Assembly: GCA_026914245.1 (NCBI GenBank) | Contig: CP110439.1 | Span: 7,626,001-7,690,000, forward strand | DNA: 64,000 nucleotides | Reading direction: 5' to 3' | DNA from: Puccinia triticina | Taxonomy: Eukaryota | Shown: positions 12,136 to 21,585 of the stretch, one piece after another | Layout: each line of letters starts with the position of its first letter | How positions within the stretch are numbered: the first letter of the stretch is position 1 | The notes under the pieces: model-generated | What the model was told of the DNA's origin: nothing | The model's input: only the letters and a program-made list of their open reading frames with translations | Database searches by the model: none | Made by a program: the position numbers and the translations under genes

Positions 12136-15002
12136 ATGTTACCGGATACAAGGTGGCCAAGGCAACCTGTCATTCCAGAACATGCTCGACTGATGAGTAT
12201 CTGCAAAGTGATCCAACAACATAACTTAACCCCAAAAAAGTTCTTGCTTGGATTTCTCAAAAACCGTCATCCAGCTGTTGCCAATCGGCGTAGATTGTGG
12301 CACAATGCTGGATTAAGCACAACTATGGAGCTCCTCGAGAATATGGCTGATAAACTTAAGAAGACGCCAGAAGGGAAGCAAGCATGGTCTTCGTATGTTC
12401 TACAGGAAGTAAGTAACATTCATATTCCATTATTACCCCTGCCACTTTGAGGTACATATTTGAACTAGCATCCACTCTTGTTTGCAGGCTATCCAGATTG
12501 TTGCGTCCCAGTCCCCCCCGCACGGCAATTATCCACAAGGAGGCTTCATGAGTAGTACAAAGATATCGGCGGAGTTCTTGGGTCAAGCTGCAAAGAAACA
12601 TGACAATGCTCGTATTGCAGAAAGTATGCCATTCTTACATAGTCTTCTATCGACTGTCCTACAGCAGTTCATCGAACACAACACCACTGAAGGCGATGAG
12701 TCCAACAATGTTGGGTTGGGCGCAATGGACGAAGACCCTACGGAAGCTCGAGGGCTCAACCTTGAAGAAATTGGGTACCAAACGTCCTTGAACTCAAATG
12801 AACGGAGGAACTTGCGAGCTGCTAATGTAGGTGCACTGTGGAAATGCCAGACTTAAACTTTACTGACAAACCTGTGTATAGATTGCGCAAATGGTTTGCA
12901 GTGTTGTGGCTTTTGTTCAAAATCGTCGTTGTAATGGCTTCCAGCTTCGAAACGGGATTCAATTTCTTGCTGGCGGCGTGACCGAGCGAGTTAATCAATA
13001 CCTCCTGTACTACGGTTTGGCATGCGGACGGCGGACGGCAGTTACGGCTCTTGAGACACTCACCTCGGAGGCAAAGTCAAAACTGAAGACCGCTTTCAGT
13101 CGTCAAGTGTCGCAAGTGATCTCCCCAGTCATTTGTATTGATAATCTCGACATTGAGCAGCATGTCCATACACAATCTATTGGCCACAGTACTCGTATGT
13201 TTCACGGAACATGGGGATATGCCCAGTTCCCATCGGCTGAACTCCTCGAAACACTAGACGCTTCCGAACTCACAATGGATGCTTTCAACGAGGCAATGAA
13301 GAAAGTACCATCATTCCAGATCGAGCCGCGGATGTTTCTACCAACTCCCGAATCTGAGGAGTCTTACAAGGCTGTCTGGAAGAGTCAGATTGCCCGTGTA
13401 TTGCATGAGTACATTGCTCAACCTCAAAGTACTGTACAGGCTGTTCCCCTAGACCCCCCTCCAGTTGAGAAAATTTCGTCAACACCACCGGAAATCCAGA
13501 TGTTCATGCTCATGGATGCCCCAGAGAATAGTGCCGAGGGGATGGGACAAGTCTTGGATTCGATTGCACTTCAAACTGGCCTCAACACCAACGACTTTTT
13601 TGGTCGCTTGCAACTAATGGACGGCGATTTGGCTACCTGTCGCAACTTCAACTGTCTCCGATCTCTCCGGACACCAAGTAGATACGCACAGCACAGCCTT
13701 CACAATATACATTTTCAGCTCGGCGCGTCCCACACTTTGTGGAACATTGCAAGCAGTATCTTCAAGGCTCATTTTGGCGACAACCAGAATTCAATGGATA
13801 CTGGTGCGTGGCGATGTTTGGAGGCACTTGGAATTCCAAATGCAAAGGCCTTCCCCAAAAAGGACTTCTCCTTGATGATCAATCACATTGAGAAAGTTCA
13901 CGAAGCTACCATATTATTTGGATTGAAGTGAGTCTAACAAAAGTTATGTGTATAAAAAACCAAGAGTCATATCTTAAATGTGCATCAATCTCACCAAAAT
14001 GCAGGAAAATTATGGGAACAGAGGAAGACAGGATGAATGAATTCGACCCCTCCAACCCACGTCCAAAAATTCCGACTTCCAAATGGAACTCTATCATTGA
14101 TGAGTTCTACAATCAATATTGTACCGGTCAGGCCCGGCACCAAGCAGCCCAACGGAAATCACCTAAGCTCCATAATCTCCTGATTCGGCTTCAGGAATTC
14201 TCCACCGTCGTAGAAGCCAACCGAGCCATGAAGGCGGGTGACATAGGTCGCCTCTTAAATATATGGAAGACTTGGAGTGTAATGTCGCAGTCGTTAAAGG
14301 GCTTGCGCAACTACTCTTCTTATCTACCTTGTTTAGTGCTGTCTCTTACCGAACTGCTACCACCATCTCTTGCTAAACTCTTTCGACATTCGTTATTATT
14401 CTCACCAAGTGGGCGCGAGAATCATTTTGTAGCAAAGGATTTCTATCTCGAGCTGCAAAACTACTGGCTCAAGTTTTTCTTTAATCAAACGGGCACTGGA
14501 ACTCAAGTGGAACATTTGAAAAGGCTGTATTCAATGAATATCCAGCTGGTCAGTCCAAATGATAATTTTCTCCTTCCAATATAAATTAATGCTCTTTTTT
14601 CCTCAGCTCCGAGATATGATGCACTCGATTCGCCTCGACACTGGGGCTACTGTTTTCACCCAAACACACAAAAACGTCATGACTGCAAAGTCATTGAATG
14701 TTTTTCTTCAAATGGCTAATAGCTACGATATCTTGGGTGAAAGTGATGCGGAGATGATGGATGAGGATAGTGATAGTGATAGTGGGGAAAGCCATACTTC
14801 TGAGAAGGTACAAGAGACTAACGATAAAATGAAGCGTGTTGCAAACTCGTATCTTCTTGGGTTCAAGAAAATCCAAAAGGAAATCGGTGTCGACCCTCAA
14901 CTAAGCCGGTTCAAACTACATATGCCTTGCTCGTACGATTCGGAAATTGATGATGAAGAAATGGCCAATCCGACCGATGATATACCTCGATATGAGCTAT
15001 GA
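12136..15002 (+). CDS. Academ-family (DUF6589-like) DDE transposase, about 865 aa, 5 exons
   Basis: Exons 12136-12408, 12488-12826, 12882-13927, 14005-14548 and 14607-15002 join in frame across GT-AG introns. Motifs NRRCNGFQ, CIDNLDI...HGTWGY, MDGDLAT, LGASH, GDIGR and KDFYLELQN supply candidate D-D-E residues. Confidence 0.85.
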
Positions 15003-15010
15003 TAACAGTA

Positions 15011-17488
15011 CTAGAGCAGACCATGATCCCTTTTCACTGCAGCCATTATTTCCGCTTGCGCAGCTAGTCGTTTATGTTTAGCCAATTTTTCAAGTCGTCG
15101 TGCTTCTGTCTTTTCCTCTCTGATCCTTGTTTGCATCGCCGCCGCTTCGTCTCGCTGCCGCTGGACCTCGGGGGATACTGCATTCTTTCGAGGTCGCTTT
15201 GACGGCGTAGTAGATGCCAGCTGTTGAACGTCAACTCCAAATCCTACTTCTCCATCCTCCACCTGCATCTTATGTTCAATTGCCTGCTCTTCCCCACCGT
15301 TCGTACCACGAAAATCAACCTGCGGCCACGTCCCGAAATGATCCTGCGGCCTTGTCCCCGATCGAAACTTCCTGATCGTGTTCATCAGCATTGTCAGCTG
15401 CCCTGCAAGCGCCTCGCCTTTGATGATACGTCGAAGGTCGCTGTCAGATTCAATCTGGCCATAATACTTGACGATGGCATTCAGCTCGTCTTTGCCAAAA
15501 AAATCTGAAGGTACCGCGCTCTCTCCTTTACGCAGTGTGGCTTCAAAGAATGCTTGGAAATCGTTTTTCAACATTTGTTTGAGGGGTGCTAGCCTGAGTC
15601 GCTCTTGTTTTTTTGTTACTGGTCCGTTCCTAGTCGTTGTGTACTTTCTCTTGTGTTGTACGGTAGGCCCAACCGCTAGTGAAACTCGATTTGAGATGTA
15701 ATCGGTAAAATTTTCTTTATTCAACTGTTTCATAATCTGCACCAAGACAGTAGCTTCATTCTCCATGCAATTGGAGCACATGCAGAGTGGGAATCCGTTG
15801 AGTCGTTCGCGTTCAACTTCAGCTTGGTAAAAAGGGTCCTTCTTGTCTAGGGGGATGTATCCATTCCTGAAGTACATGTAGTTTTCAGTTAGTTCGTAAA
15901 CACAACATACACCACTCTTCAGAAAAAAAACTTGCAGGTTATCCATTGAAAAAGCTATCCGAAGACAAACAGGCGTCACTGCGAGCGCATCCATCCGGTC
16001 TTCGTCTGACTGCTTCTGACCAGGCGTGAAGTCAGCAACACTGTTCTTCCCTTTTGGGCGGTTTGGCTCGACAAATAGGATGGCCAACTCAGGACGACCA
16101 TCACGCCCGCATCGTCCTACCATCTGGCAGATGAGTGAAGGATCTCCACGCCCAATATGGACAACCTGGCGCACAAGCTTCCAGTTCTGCCCCATTCCGA
16201 GGGCCAGGGTGCACGAGAGGATCGGGACATTTTCTTGAGCAAAATTGAGAATAGTATCCTGTTTGTCCAATTCGCCCGTGCAAGCGTGGTAGCGGCGAGC
16301 GAGGGAGTTACGAGGGTTCAGATGGTTCCCCGGCGTTCCGCGAGCTCGGTCCAACACCTCAAGAACTTGAAGGGTGCGCTGGCGTGTACCAGTGTAGATC
16401 AGGGATGGGACAAGTTCTTCATCAGGATTGTCTTCCTTAGAACCGTAAAGCTTCAAGATGTCGTCACATGACTGGATGGAGTCTGTCATTGGTAATCTAA
16501 TGATCCTAATTTCAGGACGAGTGAGTTCCCCGCGGAGAATATCAATGTGAGTGTCGAGTAGTTTTAAATTCTTCTTGATGGCGGTGATTGCTTCTGGCCT
16601 ACAAGTGGCAGACATCAAGAGTAATGGTGCACCGTTTCTGGTTAATAACGGAATTGCAAGGCTGCCATAACAAGGTCGAAATGCGGCAAAATCCTGGTGG
16701 CGTACTAGAGTTTTCAGTTTCTTCTGGCCGCTCTCAACCAAGCCCCATGAATAAATCATATGAGCTTCATCCACAACAACTAACGCAAGCTTGCTTTGGA
16801 ACTCAGGCGAGAAGTAAATGTCGCTAAACATTTGGTTATCGAGGAATATCTCGGGAGACAGGTAGACAAAGTTGTAGACACCCTTTTGAACGTCACGACA
16901 AGCCTGAGCAGTAAAATTTGGTTTCGTGAGGTTTATAGCTGTGAACCCGGCGGCCAATTTCTCTGTTACTTGATTGTCGCCGAGTGCGTCAAGGGGGTTT
17001 AAGACTACAACAACACCGATTGCAGTCCCCAGTCCGTCTTTTGGAAGCATGCCGAAATAGATCTCAGATATTCTTGACTTGCCAAAACCGGTTGCTGCTA
17101 GGAGAAAAGTGTTTCGACCGCGAAGTAAATTCATCACTGTTTTGACTTGAAGAGGCTTGGCTTCCTGGTGGTACGTTTCCATTGCTTTGGTTTCAATTAG
17201 TCTCTTCAGCTCGTCATTGTCCGATCCCTGGACTTCCGCGGTCTGAATCCGACGCATCGTTGGACTGGAGTAATGATGTTGTTGGTTTTGCTTCCGGCAC
17301 TGGGCAGTCAGCAGCCCCTTCTCTCTCCCGCAGGTGCACTCATATAACGACATATGACAAGATGGGAACCATGCTTGAGCATGGGAGGAAAATCCATCTC
17401 TGTATGCGACAAACAGTGCACATCCAGAGGACAATTTTCCGAACTCAAGAGATGACTGGTTGTTTTTTTTGTGGTAACTCGAAGTCAT
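15011..17488 (-). CDS. RecQ-like superfamily 2 helicase of AcademH (start codon uncertain)
   Basis: Walker A LAATGFGKS, VYLSPE, VVVDEAH, SAT, ALGMGQN, QMVGRCGRDG and a Cys-rich C-terminal part (CMCSNC). Probable 69-nt GC-AG intron at 15935-15867. Confidence 0.92.
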   Translation of the reverse strand: MTSSYHKKNNQSSLEFGKLSSGCALFVAYRDGFSSHAQAWFPSCHMSLYECTCGREKGLLTAQCRKQNQQHHYSSPTMRRIQTAEVQGSDNDELKRLIETKAMETYHQEAKPLQVKTVMNLLRGRNTFLLAATGFGKSRISEIYFGMLPKDGLGTAIGVVVVLNPLDALGDNQVTEKLAAGFTAINLTKPNFTAQACRDVQKGVYNFVYLSPEIFLDNQMFSDIYFSPEFQSKLALVVVDEAHMIYSWGLVESGQKKLKTLVRHQDFAAFRPCYGSLAIPLLTRNGAPLLLMSATCRPEAITAIKKNLKLLDTHIDILRGELTRPEIRIIRLPMTDSIQSCDDILKLYGSKEDNPDEELVPSLIYTGTRQRTLQVLEVLDRARGTPGNHLNPRNSLARRYHACTGELDKQDTILNFAQENVPILSCTLALGMGQNWKLVRQVVHIGRGDPSLICQMVGRCGRDGRPELAILFVEPNRPKGKNSVADFTPGQKQSDEDRMDALAVTPVCLRIAFSMDNLQVFFLKSGVCCVYELTENYMYFRNGYIPLDKKDPFYQAEVERERLNGFPLCMCSNCMENEATVLVQIMKQLNKENFTDYISNRVSLAVGPTVQHKRKYTTTRNGPVTKKQERLRLAPLKQMLKNDFQAFFEATLRKGESAVPSDFFGKDELNAIVKYYGQIESDSDLRRIIKGEALAGQLTMLMNTIRKFRSGTRPQDHFGTWPQVDFRGTNGGEEQAIEHKMQVEDGEVGFGVDVQQLASTTPSKRPRKNAVSPEVQRQRDEAAAMQTRIREEKTEARRLEKLAKHKRLAAQAEIMAAVKRDHGLL

Positions 17489-17908
17489 TTTTGATGTCTT
17501 TTGGGACTCAAAGATGCATTTCTTTGACTACAACACTGAGCAGTAGCTCAAATTCTTCGCAAGGGCCAAGCCTACAATATTGTCTAGTCAGATTCTTTTT
17601 ATCAAGTTGTGTTTGCTTTGTACAAGCTGTTTAGTGCTTTTTGAGCTTGCAGATCCTTTCTGCTCCCGCTTAATTTGAGAGATAACTCATAAGCCACTCC
17701 TACGGAGAGCGCTCCGCGCGGGTCCCCCGGACCTCGGTTCGAGTGGCTTTGTTAAGCTAGATGCTGAAGGTCAGACTCATTGCAGATCTCTGAAGATTAG
17801 CAGAACATAGTGGTACAGAGCAGAAATTATTGGTGGTCACCCAGCACAGTACACATTTTTGAATACAGGCGGAATTGACCATTTCTTACCAGGACCATTA
17901 TTAATTTA

Positions 17909-19751
17909 CGGATGTACTTTGCGCACTGCGGAAAACTCGTCGCGCACTGCAGGGGGCGTCCACTTGACGTCCCGGCCACAGTGCGCAGAAGCTCAAAACG
18001 CTTCGTGCACTGCAGAAAATAAACCATGAAATTATCATTTTTTTTTCTGCCAGCCGGCAGAGGGGATCTTTCTTGCCCCTCCTCCATTTTCTTGGGGTAT
18101 TGGAGGACTTCCCGTCGGCATTTAGAGACCTCTAGATGCCCCTCTAACTCCTAAATTAAGAGCTCTACCAAATCAACAATCAGTGCACATGAAAGTCATG
18201 AGCTGTAGGGTTAGGAAATCATTTTCCCTTCTACCAAAAATTAAGAGCCTGGGTGTGTAAATTGAGATCTGGGAGGCTCCCAGACTCAATGGGAAGTCCT
18301 CCATTTGGACCCCCCAGCATGACATAAAAAAAGGATGATAAAAAAATACAAAAAATAAGCGGAGCACCTCCCCGGGGCGCACCCCCCGGGGATTTTTAAC
18401 CTGCTAAAAAGCCATGGATCGGGTACCCAGCCCCTCGAAAACAGAGTTCGAGGGGCAGAAGTACATACCCCATGACTTCGCCTTGCGGATGGCCGGCACA
18501 GGCTGGTCCCGGAGCGGAGTACATGCACACTCCCCCGATGACCGGCCAGCACGCACGTGGAGTGCAAATCACCGGTCATCGAGGGGATTACGCATTCCTC
18601 TCGATGACCGGAACGGTCCCGCTTATCGAGAGGAGTAAACACATCTCTCGATGACCGGAACGGTCCCGGTTATCGAGAGGATTGAATACACCACTCGATG
18701 ACCGGAACAAACCCGGGCATCGAGAAAATAATCATCTTGATGACCGAGTCTGCTGCGGTCACCAAGTAGAGAAACACTCCCTCAATGACCGGAGCGAACT
18801 GTTCAAGGAGAGGATTGATGAACGGTTCGCTCCGGTCATCGAGAGGAGCACTTAATCCCCTCAATGAATGGAACGGACCCGGCCATCGAGAGGAGGAACA
18901 CTCTCAATGACCGGGTCTGTTCCAGTCGTTGAGAGGAGCAGTGTTTACTCCTCTCGATGACCGTGACCGGATCTGTTCCAGTCGTCGAGAGGAGCAGTGT
19001 TTACTCCTCTCGATGACCGGAACAGTCCCGGTCATCAAGAGGAGTAAACACTCCCCTTGACCACTGGAACAGACCCGGTCATCGAGAGTGTTCCTCCTCT
19101 CGATGTCCGGGTCCGTTCCGTTCATTGAGGGGATCAATTGCTCTCGATGACTGGGACTGTTCCGGTCATCGAGCGGAATGCTTAGTCTCTCGATGACCGG
19201 GACTGTTCCGGTCATCGAGAGGTGTGTTTACTCCTCTTGTTAACCGGAACCGTTCCGGTCATTGAGAGGAATGCGTAATCTCCTCGATGACCAGTGATTT
19301 GCACTCCACGTGCGTGCTGGCCGGTCATCGGGGGAGTGTGCATGTACTCCGCTCCGGGACCAGCCTGTGCCGGCCATCCGCACGGCGAAGTCATGGGGTA
19401 TGTACTTATGCCCCTCGAACTCTGTTTTCGAGGGGCTGGTTACCCGATCCATGGCTTTTTAGCAGGTTAAAAATCCGCGGGGGGTGCGCCCCGGGGAGGC
19501 GCTCTGCTTATTTTTTGCATTTTTTTATCATCCTTTTTTTATGTCATGCTGGGGGTCCAAATACCCCAAGAAAATGGAGGAGGGGAGAGAAAAATCCCCT
19601 CTGCCGGCTGGCAGAAAAAAAAATGAGAATTTCAAGCTTTTCATTTGCAGTGCGCGAAGCATTTTGAGCTTCTGCGCACTGTGGCCGGGACGTCGAGTGG
19701 ACGCCCCCTGCAGTGCGCGACGAGTTTTTTGCAGTGCGCGAAGTACATCCG
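17909..19751. mobile_element. Foldback/MITE-like non-autonomous DNA transposon with long inverted arms and internal palindromic repeats
   Basis: Termini CGGATGTACTT...AAGTACATCCG; 8-bp TSD TTAATTTA at 17901-17908 and 19752-19759. Arms are inverted copies over more than 500 bp, and the core is built of CTCGATGACCGG...CCGGTCATCGAG units. Confidence 0.92.
18102..18302. mobile_element. 201-bp MITE nested in the left arm of the foldback element
   Basis: 12-bp TIR GGAGGACTTCCC / GGGAAGTCCTCC and 3-bp TSD ATT. The right arm (about 19550-19570) shows the empty site. Confidence 0.9.
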
Positions 19752-21585
19752 TTAATTTATATACTGGTGGATTAATTTCCAGTAGCTCAGATTCACTGTG
19801 GATTTATTGAATGATACAGTTGAGAAGACAGAGTATTAATTGAAAGATTTCAGACAGCTAAAAGATGTTATTTTTGATTAGATTCTGGACAGCAGGACAA
19901 CTTCTAGTAACATTAAACTAGAATATGTATTGGGATTTAACTGAGAGCAGGCAATATACCTACTAAGAAAGATAAAAGTGAGATAAAAATGTATTTGCAA
20001 TAATGAAACTATGGCACATTGTTCAGAGAAAAAAAATATTAAATTTAAATTAATCTCAATGAACAGTAAGTTTCTCACAAAGAGCTTGCACTTCATATTC
20101 AACAAAGCTTTTTCCCCAGTGTTTTACTTTTACATGAAAAGAGAGTTAATCTGACAAAAATACATTTTTTGTACATGTCTGCGTTTCAAGGCGTGGCTGG
20201 GAAGCTTTCAGGTTCTCCTAGTTCCTGCAGATTTATTTTGACACAAGTGTCTGGCTCAGCTGTACAGAACCAGTTTGACAATGCGGTTCAAGCTTTCATT
20301 TTTTCCTGGTTGTTGCGCGTCGGAAAATTCTGTTTGATAAATATAAGATTTTTGTGGTACAATGATGTGGTTATCCCTGGTTAACCTGAATATGTATGGA
20401 CTTGCAAGTCTAGAGTGTGGACAGGTACCACAGTTTCAAAAAAGGTTTGCAACAAGGCTCATGGAGTTTCCAAGAAACAGTTGAGGTAATCTATATACCA
20501 GTGAAGTACATTAGTTCTGATTTATTTGATGTGTTCTGATATAGGAATCTTGAGTCCTTACGCTCTTTGGTCCTTAGGGTCCATCTGGCTTAGCCTTGGC
20601 AAAACAGCTGAGGAGCTGTGCAAAGTTATCTTTAACAAGGACAAGCTCCTCATGAGCTTTGTCATAAGGAAGTTGGGATGTGGCATTATCCTCATCTAGT
20701 CAGTTTGTAGTTTAAACATCAGCTACTCACCTTTGGTGTTAGATGATATCCTTGCTCTTACTGGCTGGGGGTTGTGATTCTCCACAAGCCTGAGTCTGCT
20801 GGTTGTTGGGGGCAAACCTGCGTGCATCCAATTGATGTGTCGCAGAACCAGTTTCCAGAAATGGTTTGCTTTGCTTACCATTTTCCTCTAGATCCCGGCC
20901 GCTTTCTCAATTTATGGGAATGCAGCTGTTCACCTAGGTGTGTATTCTCACATTAATTAGGTTGATTTTTTTCTGATGTAGATGTTTGCATGGGTGATAA
21001 CAAATAAAATTGATAGGGAGCTTTTCTTTCTTTTGAAATTTTGTTTTAATCTGCAAGTGTTTATGGGGCTTGAGAGCTTGCGGAACAATTAAGTGGAATG
21101 TGGAATGCTTGTTGAGATGTCCTGTGTAAAACTCCTTGTAGCTCTACTGAAGCACATGTCCGTTTTTTTTTTTTTTGCACAGCAACTGTGCATTGAAGCT
21201 TGGTCAACAGAAACCTTTAAAAAAGCCATGTGTGTCACCACAGCCTTCTTTGTGACTTTTTCTGGCAGTAAGGGTGTTCAAAGTTGACTTGCATAAAATC
21301 ATGAAATTTTAAGCTGAAGAAAAATATGTACCACCCAAACATTCAAAGTAGATCAATAATGCTAATATGGTACATCAAGAATTATAAATTAGAGGGGCAT
21401 GATTCTATGGTTTGAAAAATTCATGTTTTCAACTTTGAACAGATCTAGCAACACAGTGACTCTACTGTACTTTACAATATCTGGTGTAGAAATAAAGGTT
21501 GGTATTGGGTAAAGATGTTCAATTTCTGCCTCTCTTCAAGAATTTTTACAGGGCTGAGTGGTCACCAATGATGTATGCTTAACCA

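Larger units (their letters stand above)
11075..17760 (+). mobile_element. AcademH-type DNA transposon (Academ transposase plus RecQ-like helicase), apparently coding-intact
   Basis: Termini CTAACTTAACA (11075) and TGTTAAGCTAG (17760), a subterminal inverted motif AAGCGGGAGCAG(A/G)AAG, and a convergent DUF6589-like transposase and SF2 helicase, which is the known AcademH architecture. Flanks GGTGGGAAC and ATGCTGAAG do not form a TSD. Confidence 0.88.

Noticed and set aside
15011..17488. Host SGS1/RecQ gene
   Set aside because: It lies within transposon termini, convergent with an Academ transposase, and lacks the long N-terminus and typical motif spellings of cellular RecQ.
18540..19330. CRISPR-like array of palindromic repeats with variable spacers
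   Set aside because: Eukaryotic context and no cas genes. The spacers are related to each other and mirrored across the element centre, and the array lies inside a TIR/TSD-bounded element.
18173..19810. Paired ORFs on both strands (e.g. 18472-18654 and 19212-19394)
   Set aside because: Artefacts of the palindromic arms; no protein motifs.
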